Shown here one piece after another: positions 40,201 to 53,560 of a DNA stretch of 64,000 bases. Under the pieces are notes generated by a model. It ran no database searches. It saw only the letters and a list, made by a program, of their open reading frames with translations, and had not been told where the DNA came from. Location: assembly GCF_009914755.1 (NCBI RefSeq), contig NC_060946.1; one strand, 5' to 3'. The DNA comes from the human T2T-CHM13v2.0 reference genome, Homo sapiens. The position numbers and the translations under genes were made by a program. Numbering within the stretch: the stretch's first letter is position 1; every line of letters begins with the position of its first letter.

Positions 40201-42674
40201 GAAGATATTTGCTTTTTCACCGTAGGCCTCAGAGCGCTCAAAATATCCACTTGCACATACTACAAAAAGAGTGCTTCAAAGCTGCTCTCTGAAAGGGAAT
40301 GTTCAACTCTATGAGTTGAATGCAAACATCACAAAGACGTTTCTGAGAATGCTTCTGTCTAGATTTGATATGAAGATATTCCCGTTTCCAACGAAATCTT
40401 GAAATCTATCCAAATGTCCACTTGCAGATTCAACAAAAAGTGTTTTTCAGAACTGCTCTATCAAAAGAAAGATCCACCTCTGTTAGCTGAGTTCACACAT
40501 CACAAACAAGTTTATGAGAATGCTTCTGTCTAGTTTTTATTTGAAGATATTTCCTTTCTCACCATAGACCTGAAAGCTGTCCTAATGTTCACTTCCAGAT
40601 ACTACAGAAAGAGTGTTTCAAAACTGCTGTACGAAAGGGAATGTTCAACTCTGTGACTTGAATGCACACATCACAAAGAAGTTTCTGAGGATGCTGCTGT
40701 CTACTTTTTATACGTAATCCCGTTTCCAACGAAATCCTCCAAGCTATCCAAATATCCACTTGCAGATTCCACAGAAAGACTGTTTCAAAACTGCTCTGTC
40801 AATAGAAAGGTTCAACTCTGTTAGCTGCGTGCATATATCCCAAAGAAGATTCTGAGATTGCTTCTGTCTAGTTTTTATGAGAAGATATTTCCCTTTTCAC
40901 CGTAGGCGTCAAGGCGCTCCAAATGTCCACTTCCAGATACTACAAAAAGAGTGTTTCAAACCTACTCTGTGAAAGGGAATATTCAACTCTGTGACTTGAA
41001 TGCAGATATCACAAAGAAGTTTCTGAGAATGCTTCTGTCGAGATTTTATATGAAGATATTCCCGTTTCCAACGAAATCCTGAAATCTATCCAAATATCCC
41101 CTCTCAGATTCTACAAAAAGAGTGTTTCAAAACTGCTCTGTAAAAAGAAAGGTTCAACTCTGTTAGTTGAGTACACACATCACAAACAAGTTTCACAGAA
41201 TGCTTCTTTCTAGCTTGTAGGGGAAGATATTCCCTTTATCACCATGGGCCTCAAACCGTCCGAAACGTCCTCTTCCATATACTACAAAAAGAGCGTTTCA
41301 AACCTGCTCTATGAAAGGCAATGTTCAACTCTGTGACTTGAATGCAGACATCACAGAGCAGTTTCTGAGAATGCTTCTGTCTAGATTTTATAGGAAGATA
41401 TTCCCGTTTCCAACGAAATCTTCACAGCTATCCAAATATCCACTTGCAGATTCTACAAAAAGAGTGTATCAAAACTGCTCTGTCAAAAGGAAGGTTCTTC
41501 TCTGTTAGGTGAGTGCACACGTCATAAAGGAGTTTCTGAGAATGTTTCTGTCTAGTGGTTATGGGAAGATATTTGCTTTTTCACCGTAGGCCTCAGAGCG
41601 CTCCAAATATCCACTTGCACATACTACAAAAAGAGTGCTTCAAAGCTGCTCTCTGAAACGGAATGTTCAACTCTATGAGTTGAATGCAAACATCACAAAG
41701 ACGTTTCTGAGAATGCTTCTGTCTAGATTTGATATGAAGATATTCCCGTTTCCAAGGAAATCTTCAAAACTATCCAAATGTCCACTTGCAGATTCAACAA
41801 AAAGTGTTTTTCAGAACTGCTCTATCAAAAGAAAGATCCACCGTTGTTAGCTGAGTTCACACATCACAAACAAGTTTATGAGAATGCTTCTGTCCAGTTT
41901 TTATTTGAAGATATTTCCTTTCTCAAAATAGACCTGAAAGCTGTCCTAATGTTCACTTCCAGATACTACAGAAAGAGTGTTTCAAAACTGCTGTACGAAA
42001 GGGAATGTTCAACTCTGTGACTTGAATGCACACATCACAAAGAAGTTTCTGAGGATGCTGCTGTCTACTTTTGATACGTAATCCCGTTTCCAACGAAATC
42101 CTCCAAGCTATCCAAATATCCACTTGCAGATTCCACAGAAAGACTGTTTCAAAACTGCTCTGTCAATAGAAAGGTTCAACTCTGTTAGCTGCGTGCATAT
42201 ATCCCAAAGAAGATTCTGAGATTGCTTCTGTCTAGTTTTTATGGGAAGATATTTCCCTTTTCACCATAGGCGTCAAGGCGCTCCAAATGTCCACTTCCAG
42301 ATACTACAAAAAGAGTGTTTCAAACCTACTCTGTGAAAGGGAATATTCAACTCTGTGACTTGAATGCAGATATCACAAAGAAGTTTCTGAGAATGCTTCT
42401 GTCGAGATTTTATATGAAGATATTCCCGTTTCGAACGAAATCCTGAAATCTATCCAAATATCCCCTCGCAGATTCTACAAAAAGAGTGTTTCAAAACTGC
42501 TCTGTAAAAAGAAAGGTTCAACTCTGTTAGTTGAGTACACACATCACAAACAAGTTTCACAGAATGCTTCTTTCTAGCTTGTAGGGGAAGATATTCCCTT
42601 TATCACCATGGTCCTCAAACCGTCCGAAACGTCCTCTTCCATATAGTACAAAAAGAGCGTTTCAAACCTGCTCT

Positions 42675-43358
42675 ATGAAAGGCAATGTTCAACTCTGTGA
42701 CTTGAATGCAGACATCACAGAGCAGTTTCTGAGAATGCTTCTGTCCAGCCTTTACAGGAAGATATTCCTGTTTCCAACGAAATCTTCACAGCTATCCAAA
42801 TATCCACTTGCAGATTCCACAGAAAGACTGTTTCTAAACTGCTCTTTCAATAGAAAGGTTCAACTGTGTTAGCTGCGTGCATATATCCCAAAGAAGATTC
42901 TGAGATTGCTTCTGTCTAGTTTTTATGGGAAGATATTTCCCTTTTCACCGTAGGCGTTAAGGCGCTCCAAATGTCCACTTCCAGATACTACAAAAAGAGT
43001 GTTTCAAACCTACTCTGTGAAAGGGAATATTCAACTCTGTGACTAGTATGCACATATCACAAAGAAGTTTCTGAGAATGCATCTGTCGAGATTTTATATG
43101 AAGATATTCCCGTTTCCAACGAAATCCTGAAATCTATCCAAATATCCCCTCGCAGATTCTTCAAAAAGAGTGTTTCAATACTGCTCTGTAAAAAGAAAGG
43201 TTCAACTCTGTTAGTTGAGTACACACATCACAAACTAGTTTCACAGAATGCTTCTTTCTAGCTTGTAGGGGAAGATATTCCCTTTATCACCATGGGCCTC
43301 AAACCGTCCGAAACGTCCACTTCCATATACTACAAAAAGAGCGTTTCAAACCTGCTCT
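42675..43358 (-). repeat. 4-mer HOR structural variant, copy 3; junction 42790-42817
   Basis: Spacing 41635 to 43683 is 2,048, with the same junction and SNVs. Confidence 0.95.
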
Positions 43359-46300
43359 ATGAAAGGCAATGTTCAACTCTGTGACTTGAATGCAGACATC
43401 ACAGAGCAGTTTCTGAGAATGCTTCTGTCTAGATTTTATAGGAAGATATTCCCGTTTCCAACGAAATCTTCACAGCTATCCAAATATCCACTTGCAGATT
43501 CTACAAAAAGAGTGTATCAAAACTGCTCTGTCAAAAGGAAGGTTCTTCTCTCTTAGTTGAGTACATACGTCATAAAGGAGTTTCTGAGAATGTTTCTGTC
43601 TAGTGGTTATGGGAAGATATTTGCTTTTTCACCGTAGGCCTCAGAGCTCTCCAAATATCCCCTTGCACATGCTACAAAAAGAGTGCTTCAAAGCTGCTCT
43701 CTGAAACGGAATGTTCAACTCTATGAGTTGAATGCAAACATCACAAAGACGTTTCTGGGAATGCTTCTGTCTAGATTTGATATGAAGATATTCCCGTTTC
43801 CAACGAAATCTTCAAATCTATCCAAATGTCCACTTGGAGATTCAACAAAAAGTGTTTTTCAGAACTGCTCTATCAAAAGAAAGATCCACCTCTGTTAGCT
43901 GAGTTCACACATCACAAACAAGTTTATGAGAATGCTTCTGTCTAGTTTTTATTTGAAGATATTTCCTTTCTCACCATAGACCTGAAAGCTGTCTTAATGT
44001 TCACTTCCAGATACTACAGAAAGAGTGTTTCAAAACTGCTGTACGAAAGGGAATGTTCAACACTGTGACTTGAATGCACACATCACAAAGAAGTTTCTGA
44101 GGATGCTGCTGTCTACTTTTGATACGTAATCCCGTTTCCAACGAAATCCTCCAAGCTACCAAATATCCACTTGCAGATTCCACAGAAAGACTGTTTCAAA
44201 ACTGCTCTGTCAATAGAAAGGTTCAACTCTGTTAGCTGCGTGCATATATCCCAAAGAAGATTCTGAGATTGCTTCTGTCTAGTTTTTATGGGAAGATATT
44301 TCCCTTTTCACCGTAGGCGTCAAGGCGCTCCAAATGTCCACTTCCAGATACTACAAAAAGAGTGTTTCAAACCCACTCTGTGAAAGGGAGTATTCAAATC
44401 TGTGACTTGAACACACATATCACAAAGAAGTTTCTGAGAATGCTTCTGTCGAGATTTTATATGAAGATATTCCCGTTTCCAATGAAATCCTGAAATCTAT
44501 CCAATTATCCCCTCGCAGATTCTACAAAAAGAGTGTTTCAAAACTGCTCTGTAAAAAGAAAGGTTCAACTCTGTTAGTTGAGTACACACATCACAAACAA
44601 GTTTCACAGAATGCTTCTTTCTAGCTTGTAGGGGAAGATATTCCCTTTATCACCATGGGCCTCAAACCGTCCGAAACGTCCACTTTTATATACTACAAAA
44701 AGAGCGTTTCAAACCTGCTCTATGAAAGGCAATGTTCAACTCTGTGACTTGAATGCAGACATCACAGAGCAGTTTCTGAGAATGCTTCTGTCTAGATTTT
44801 ATAGGAAGATATTCCCGTTTCCAAAGAAATCTTCACAGCTATCCAAATATCCACTTGCAGATTCTACAAAAAGAGTGTATCAAAACTGCTCTGTCAAAAG
44901 GAAGGTTCTTCTCTGTTAGGTGAGTGCATACGTCATAAAGGAGTTTCTGAGAATGTTTCTGTCTAGTGGTTATGGGAAGATATTTGCTTTTTCACCGTAG
45001 GCCTCAGAGTGCTCCAAATATCCCCTTGCACATACTACAAAAAGAGTGCTTCAAAGCTGCTCTCTGAAACGGAATGTTCAAATCTATGAGTTGAATGCAA
45101 ACATCACAAAGACGTTTCTGAGAATGCTTCTGTCTAGATTTGATATGAAGATATTCCCGTTTCCAACGAAATCTTCAAATCTATCCAAATCTCCACTTGC
45201 AGATTCAACAAAAAGTGTTTTTCAGAACTGCTCTATCAAAAGAAAGATCCACCTCTGTTAGCTGAGTTCACACATCACAAACAAGTTTATGAGAATGCTT
45301 CTGTCTAGTTTTTATTTGAAGATATTGCCTTTCTCACCATAGACCTGAAAGCTGTCCTAATGTTCACTTCCAGATACTACAGAAAGAGTGTTTCAAAACT
45401 GCTGTACGAAAGGGAATGTTCAACTCTGTGACTTGAATGCACACATCACAAAGAAGTTTCTGAGGAGGCTGCTGTCTACTTTTTATACGTAATCCCGTTT
45501 CCAACGAAATCCTCCAAGCTATCCAAATATCCACTTGCAGATTCCACAGAAAGACTGTTTCTAAACTGCTCTGTCAATAGAAAGGTTCAACTCTGTTAGC
45601 TGCGTGCATATATCCCAAAGAAGATTCTGAGATTCCTTCTGTCTAGTTTTTATGGGAAGATATTTCCCTTTTCACCGTAGGGGTCAAGGCGCTCCAAATG
45701 TCCACTTCCAGATACTACAAAAAGAGTGTTTCAAACCTACTCTGTGAAAGGGAATATTCAACTCTGTGACTTGAATGCAGATATCATAAAGAAGTTTCTG
45801 AGAATGCTTCTGTCGAGATTTTATATGAAGCTATTCCCGTTTCCAACGAAATCCTGAAATCTATCCAAATATCCCCTCGCAGATTCTACAAAAAGAGTGT
45901 TTCAAAACTGCTCTGTAAAAAGAAAGGTTCAACTCTGTTAGTTGAGTACACACATCACAAACAAGTTTCACAGAATGCTTCTTTCTAGCTTGTAGGGGAA
46001 GATATTCCCTTTATCACCATGGGCCTCAAACCGTCCGAAACGTCCACTTCCATATACTACAAAAAGAGCGTTTCAAACCTGCTCTATGAAAGGCAATGTT
46101 CAACTCTGTGACTTGAATGCAGACATCACAGAGCAGTTTCTGAGAATGCTTCTGTCTAGATTTTATAGGAAGATATTCCCGTTTCCAACGAAATCTTCAC
46201 AGCTATCCAAATATCCACTTGCAGATTCTACAAAAAGAGTGTATGAAAACTGCTCTGTCAAAAGGAAGGTTCTTCTCTGTTAGGTGAGTGCATACGTCAT

Positions 46301-47944
46301 AAAGGAGTTTCTGAGAATGTTTCTGTCTAGTGGTTATGGGAAGATATTTGCTTTTTCACCGTAGGCCTCAGAGCGCTCCAAATATCCCCTTGCACATACT
46401 ACAAAAAGAGTGCTTCAAAGCTGCTCTCTGAAACGGAATGTTCAAATCTATGAGTTGAATGCAAACATCACAAAGACGTTTCTGAGAATGCTTCTGTCTA
46501 GATTTGATATGAAGATATTCCCGTTTCCAACGAAATCTTCAAATCTATCCAAATCTCCACTTGCAGATTCAACAAAAAGTGTTTTTCAGAACTGCTCTAT
46601 CAAAAGAAAGATCCACCTCTGTTAGCTGAGTTCACACATCACAAACAAGTTTATGAGAATGCTTCTGTCTAGTTTTTATTTGAAGATATTTCCTTTCTCA
46701 CCATAGACCTGAAAGCTGTCCTAATGTTCACTTCCAGATACTACAGAAAGAGTGTTTCAAAACTGCTGTACGAAAGGGAATGTTCAACTCTGTGACTTGA
46801 ATGCACACATCACAAAGAAGTTTCTGAGGAGGCTGCTGTCTACTTTTTATACGTAATCCCGTTTCCAACGAAATCCTCCAAGCTATCCAAATATCCACTT
46901 GCAGATTCCACAGAAAGACTGTTTCTAAACTGCTCTGTCAATAGAAAGGTTCAACTCTGTTAGCTGCGTGCATATATCCCAAAGAAGATTCTGAGATTCC
47001 TTCTGTCTAGTTTTTATGGGAAGATATTTCCCTTTTCACCGTAGGGGTCAAGGCGCTCCAAATGTCCACTTCCAGATACTACAAAAAGAGTGTTTCAAAC
47101 CTACTCTGTGAAAGGGAATATTCAACTCTGTGACTTGAATGCAGATATCATAAAGAAGTTTCTGAGAATGCTTCTGTCGAGATTTTATATGAAGATATTC
47201 CCGTTTCCAACGAAATCCTGAAATCTATCCAAATATCCCCTCGCAGATTCTACAAAAAGAGTGTTTCAAAACTGCTCTGTAAAAAGAAAGGTTCAACTCT
47301 GTTAGTTGAGTACACACATCACAAACAAGTTTCACAGAATGCTTCTTTCTAGCTTGTAGGGGAAGATATTCCCTTTATCACCATGGGCCTCAAACCGTCC
47401 GAAACGTCCACTTCCATATACTACAAAAAGAGCGTTTCAAACCTGCTCTATGAAAGGCAATGTTCAACTCTGTGACTTGAATGCAGACATCACAGAGCAG
47501 TTTCTGAGAATGCTTCTGTCTAGATTTTATAGGAAGATATTCCCGTTTCCAACGAAATCTTCACAGATATCCAAATATCCACTTGCAGATGCTACAAAAA
47601 GAGTGTATCAAAAATGCTCTGTCAAAAGGAAGGTTCTTCTCTGTTAGGTGAGTGCATACGTCATAAAGGAGTTTCTGAGAATGTTTCTGTATAGTGGTTA
47701 TGGGAAGATATTTGCTTTTTCACCGTAGGCCTCAGAGCGCTCAAAATATCCACTTGCACATACTACAAAAAGAGTGCTTCAAAGCTGCTCTCTGAAAGGG
47801 AATGTTCAACTCTATGAGTTGAATGCAAACATCACAAAGACGTTTCTGAGAATGCTTCTGTCTAGATTTGATATGAAGATATTCCCGTTTCCAACGAAAT
47901 CTTGAAATCTATCCAAATGTCCACTTGCAGATTCAACAAAAAGT

Positions 47945-50900
47945 GTTTTTCAGAACTGCTCTATCAAAAGAAAGATCCACCTCTGTTAGCTGAGTTCACA
48001 CATCACAAACAAGTTTATGAGAATGCTTCTGTCTAGTTTTTATTTGAAGATATTTCCTTTCTCACCATAGACCTGAAAGCTGTCCTAATGTTCACTTCCA
48101 GATACTACAGAAAGAGTGTTTCAAAACTGCTGTACGAAAGGGAATGTTCAACTCTGTGACTTGAATGCACACATCACAAAGAAGTTTCTGAGGATGCTGC
48201 TGTCTACTTTTTATACGTAATCCCGTTTCCAACGAAATCCTCCAAGCTATCCAAATATCCACTTGCAGATTCCACAGAAAGACTGTTTCAAAACTGCTCT
48301 GTCAATAGAAAGGTTCAACTCTGTTAGCTGCGTGCATATATCCCAAAGAAGATTCTGAGATTGCTTCTGTCTAGTTTTTATCGGAAGATATTTCCCTTTT
48401 CACCGTAGGCGTCAAGGCGCTCCAAATGTCCAATTCCAGATACTATAAAAAGAGTGTTTCAAACCTACTCTGTGAAAGGGAATATTCAACTCTGTGACTG
48501 GAATGCAGATATCACAAAGAAGTTTCTGAGAATGCTTCTGTCGAGATTTTATATGAAGATATTCCCGTTTCCAACGAAATCCTGAAATCTATCCAAATAT
48601 CCCCTCGCAGATTCTACAAAAAGAGTGTTTCAAAACTGCTCTGTAAAAAGAAAGTTTCAACTCTGTTAGTTGAGTACACACATCACAAACAAGTTTAACA
48701 GAATGCTTCTTTCTAGCTTGTAGGGGAAGATATTCCCTTTATCACCATGGTCCTCAAACCGTTCAAAACGTCCTCTTCCATATACTACAAAAAGAGCGTT
48801 TCAAACCTGCTCTATGAAAGGCAATGTTCAACTCTGTGACTTGAATGCAGACATCACAGAGCAGTTTCTGAGAATGCTTCTGTCTAGATTTTATAGGAAG
48901 ATATTCCCGTTTCCAACGAAATCTTCACAGCTATCCAAATATCCACTTGCAGATTCTACAAAAAGAGTGTATCAAAACTGCTCTGTCAAAAGGAAGGTTC
49001 TTCTCTGTTAGGTGAGTGCATACGTCATAAAGGAGTTTCTGAGAATGTTTCTGTCTAGTGGTTATGGGAAGATATTTGCTTTTTCACCGTAGGCCTCAGA
49101 GCGCTCCAAATATCCACTTGCACATACTACAAAAAGAGTGCTTCAAAGCTGCTCTCTGAAAGGGAATGTTCAACTCTATGAGTTGAATGCAAACATCACA
49201 AAGACGTTTCTGAGAATGCTTCTGTCTAGATTTGATATGAAGATATTCCCGTTTCCAACGAAATCTTCAAATCTATCCAAATGTCCACTTGCAGATTCAA
49301 CAAAAAGTGTTTTTCAGAACTGCTCTATCAAAAGAAAGATCCACCTCTGTTAGCTGAGTTCACACATCACAAACAAGTTTATGAGAATGCTTCTGTCTAG
49401 TTTTTATTTGAAGATATTGCCTTTCTCACCATAGACCTGAAAGCTGTCCTAATGTTCACTTCCAGATACTACAGAAAGAGTGTTTCAAAACTGCTGTACG
49501 AAAGGGAATGTTCAACTCTGTGACTTGAATGCACACATCACAAAGTAGTTTCTGAGGTTGCTGCTGTCTACTTTTTATACGTAATCCCGTTTCCAACGAA
49601 ATCCTCCAAGCTATCCAAATATCCACTTGCAGATTCCACAGAAAGACTGTTTCTAAACTGCTGTGTCAATAGAAAGGTTCAACTCTGTTAGCTGCGTGCA
49701 TATATCCCAAAGAAGATTCTGAGATTGCTTCTGTCTAGTTTTTATGGGAAGATATTTCCCTTTTCACCGTAGGCGTCAAGGCGCTCCAAATGTCCAATTC
49801 CAGATACTATAAAAAGAGTGTTTCAAACCTACTCTGTGAAAGAGAATATTCAACTCTGTGACTGGAATGCAGATATCACAAAGAAGTTTCTGAGAATGCT
49901 TCTGTCGAGATTTTATATGAAGATATTCCCGTTTCCAACGAAATCCTGAAATCTATCCAAATATCCCCTCGCAGATTCTACAAAAAGAGTGTTTCAAAAC
50001 TGCTCTGTAAAAAGAAAGGTTCAACTCTGTTAGTTGAGTACACACATCACAAACAAGTTTCACAGAATGCTTCTTTCTAGCTTGTAGGGGAAGATATTCC
50101 CTTTATCACCATGGGCCTCAAACCGTCCGAAACGTCCACTTCCATATACTACAAAAAGAGCGTTTCAAACCTGCTCTATGAAAGGCAATGTTCAACTCTG
50201 TGACTTGAATGCAGACATCACAGAGCAGTTTCTGAGAATGCTTCTGTCTAGATTTTATAGGAAGATATTCCCGTTTCCAACGAAATCTTCACAGCTATCC
50301 AAATATCCACTTGCAGATGCTACAAAAAGAGTGTATCAAAAATGCTCTGTCAAAAGGAAGGTTATTCTCTGTTAGGTGAGTGCATACGTCATAAAGGAGT
50401 TTCTGAGAATGTTTCTGTCTAGTGGTTATGGGAAGATATTTGCTTTTTCACCGTAGGCCTCAGAGCGCTCCAAATATCCACTTGCACATACTACAAAAAG
50501 AGTGCTTCAAAGCTGCTCTCTGAAAGGGAATGTTCAACTCTATGAGTTGAATGCAAACATCACAAAGACGTTTCTGAGAATGCTTCTGTCTAGATTTGAT
50601 ATGAAGATATTCCCGTTTCCAACGAAATCTTCAAATCTATCCAAATGTCCACTTGCAGATTCAACAAAAGTGTTTTTCAGAACTGCTCTATCAAAAGAAA
50701 GATCCACCTCTGTTAGCTGAGTTCACACATCACAAACAAGTTTATGAGAATGCTTCTGTCTAGTTTTTATTTGAAGATATTTCCTTTCTCACCATAGACC
50801 TGAAAGCTGTCCTAATGTTCACTTCCAGATACTACAGAAAGAGTGTTTCAAAACTGCTGTACGAAAGGGAATGTTCAACTCTGTGACTTGAATGCACACA

Positions 50901-53560
50901 TCACAAAGAAGTTTCTGAGGATGCTGCTGTCTACTTTTTATACGTAATCCCGTTTCCAACGAAATCCTCCAAGCTATCCAAATATCCACTTGCAGATTCC
51001 ACAGAAAGACTGTTTCAAAACTGCTCTGTCAATAGAAAGGTTCAACTCTGTTAGCTGCGTGCATATATCCCAAAGAAGATTCTGAGATTGCTTCTGTCTA
51101 GTTTTTATCGGAAGATATTTCCCTTTTCACCGTAGGCGTCAAGGCGCTCCAAATGTCCAATTCCAGATACTATAAAAAGAGTGTTTCAAACCTACTCTGT
51201 GAAAGGGAATATTCAACTCTGTGACTGGAATGCAGATATCACAAAGAAGTTTCTGAGAATGCTTCTGTCGAGATTTTATATGAAGATATTCCCGTTTCCA
51301 ACGAAATCCTGAAATCTATCCAAATATCCCCTCGCAGATTCTACAAAAAGAGTGTTTCAAAACTGCTCTGTAAAAAGAAAGGTTCAACTCTGTTAGTTGA
51401 GTACACACATCACAAACAAGTTTAACAGAATGCTTCTTTCTAGCTTGTAGGGGAAGATATTCCCTTTATCACCATGGTCCTCAAACCGTTCAAAACGTCC
51501 TCTTCCATATACTACAAAAAGAGCGTTTCAAACCTGCTCTATGAAAGGCAATGTTCAACTCTGTGACTTGAATGCAGACATCACAGAGCAGTTTCTGAGA
51601 ATGCTTCTGTCTAGATTTTATAGGAAGATATTCCCGTTTCCAACGAAATCTTCACAGCTATCCAAATATCCACTTGCAGATTCTACAAAAAGAGTGTATC
51701 AAAACTGCTCTGTCAAAAGGAAGGTTCTTCTCTGTTAGGTGAGTGCATACGTCATAAAGGAGTTTCTGAGAATGTTTCTGTCTAGTGGTTATGGGAAGAT
51801 ATTTGCTTTTTCACCGTAGGCCTCAGAGCGCTCCAAATATCCACTTGCACATACTACAAAAAGAGTGCTTCAAAGCTGCTCTCTGAAAGGGAATGTTCAA
51901 CTCTATGAGTTGAATGCAAACATCACAAAGACGTTTCTGAGAATGCTTCTGTCTAGATTTGATATGAAGATATTCCCGTTTCCAACGAAATCTTCAAATC
52001 TATCCAAATGTCCACTTGCAGATTCAACAAAAAGTGTTTTTCAGAACTGCTCTATCAAAAGAAAGATCCACCTCTGTTAGCTGAGTTCACACATCACAAA
52101 CAAGTTTATGAGAATGCTTCTGTCTAGTTTTTATTTGAAGATATTGCCTTTCTCACCATAGACCTGAAAGCTGTCCTAATGTTCACTTCCAGATACTACA
52201 GAAAGAGTGTTTCAAAACTGCTGTACGAAAGGGAATGTTCAACTCTGTGACTTGAATGCACACATCACAAAGTAGTTTCTGAGGTTGCTGCTGTCTACTT
52301 TTTATACGTAATCCCGTTTCCAACGAAATCCTCCAAGCTATCCAAATATCCACTTGCAGATTCCACAGAAAGACTGTTTCTAAACTGCTGTGTCAATAGA
52401 AAGGTTCAACTCTGTTAGCTGCGTGCATATATCCCAAAGAAGATTCTGAGATTGCTTCTGTCTAGTTTTTATGGGAAGATATTTCCCTTTTCACCGTAGG
52501 CGTCAAGGCGCTCCAAATGTCCAATTCCAGATACTATAAAAAGAGTGTTTCAAACCTACTCTGTGAAAGAGAATATTCAACTCTGTGACTGGAATGCAGA
52601 TATCACAAAGAAGTTTCTGAGAATGCTTCTGTCGAGATTTTATATGAAGATATTCCCGTTTCCAACGAAATCCTGAAATCTATCCAAATATCCCCTCGCA
52701 GATTCTACAAAAAGAGTGTTTCAAAACTGCTCTGTAAAAAGAAAGGTTCAACTCTGTTAGTTGAGTACACACATCACAAACAAGTTTCACAGAATGCTTC
52801 TTTCTAGCTTGTAGGGGAAGATATTCCCTTTATCACCATGGGCCTCAAACCGTCCGAAACGTCCACTTCCATATACTACAAAAAGAGCGTTTCAAACCTG
52901 CTCTAGGAAAGGCAATGTTCAACTCTGTGACTTGAATGCAGACATCACAGAGCAGTTTCTGAGAATGCTTCTGTCTAGATTTTATAGGAAGATATTCCCG
53001 TTTCCAACGAAATCTTCACAGCTATCCAAATATCCACTTGCAGATGCTACAAAAAGAGTGTATCAAAAATGCTCTGTCAAAAGGAAGGTTATTCTCTGTT
53101 AGGTGAGTGCATACGTCATAAAGGAGTTTCTGAGAATGTTTCTGTCTAGTGGTTATGGGAAGATATTTGCTTTTTCACCGTAGGCCTCAGAGCGCTCCAA
53201 ATATCCACTTGCACATACTACAAAAAGAGTGCTTCAAAGCTGCTCTCTGAAAGGGAATGTTCAACTCTATGAGTTGAATGCAAACATCACAAAGACGTTT
53301 CTGAGAATGCTTCTGTCTAGATTTGATATGAAGATATTCCCGTTTCCAACGAAATCTTCAAATCTATCCAAATGTCCACTTGCAGATTCAACAAAAGTGT
53401 TTTTCAGAACTGCTCTATCAAAAGAAAGATCCACCTCTGTTAGCTGAGTTCACACATCACAAACAAGTTTATGAGAATGCTTCTGTCTAGTTTTTATTTG
53501 AAGATATTTCCTTTCTCACCATAGACCTGAAAGCTGTCCTAATGTTCACTTCCAGATACT
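47945..53560. repeat. Two-HOR tandem duplication, period 2,727 bp
   Basis: Shared markers at +2,727: tatcgg 48382/51109, ccgttcaaaacg, aagtagtttctgaggttg, gctgtgtcaat, aaagagaatatt, ggttattct, and the 1-bp deletion caacaaaagtg (~50667/~53394). Confidence 0.9.

Larger units (their letters stand above)
27238..48381. repeat. Three-copy tandem super-repeat of HORs (units ~7,503, 6,139 and ~7,503 bp)
   Basis: Private markers recur at fixed offsets: tttatgagaag 27238/34741/40880, ccaaggaaa 28114/35617/41756, and the 4-mer 29033/36536/42675. Boundaries are approximate. Confidence 0.92.
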
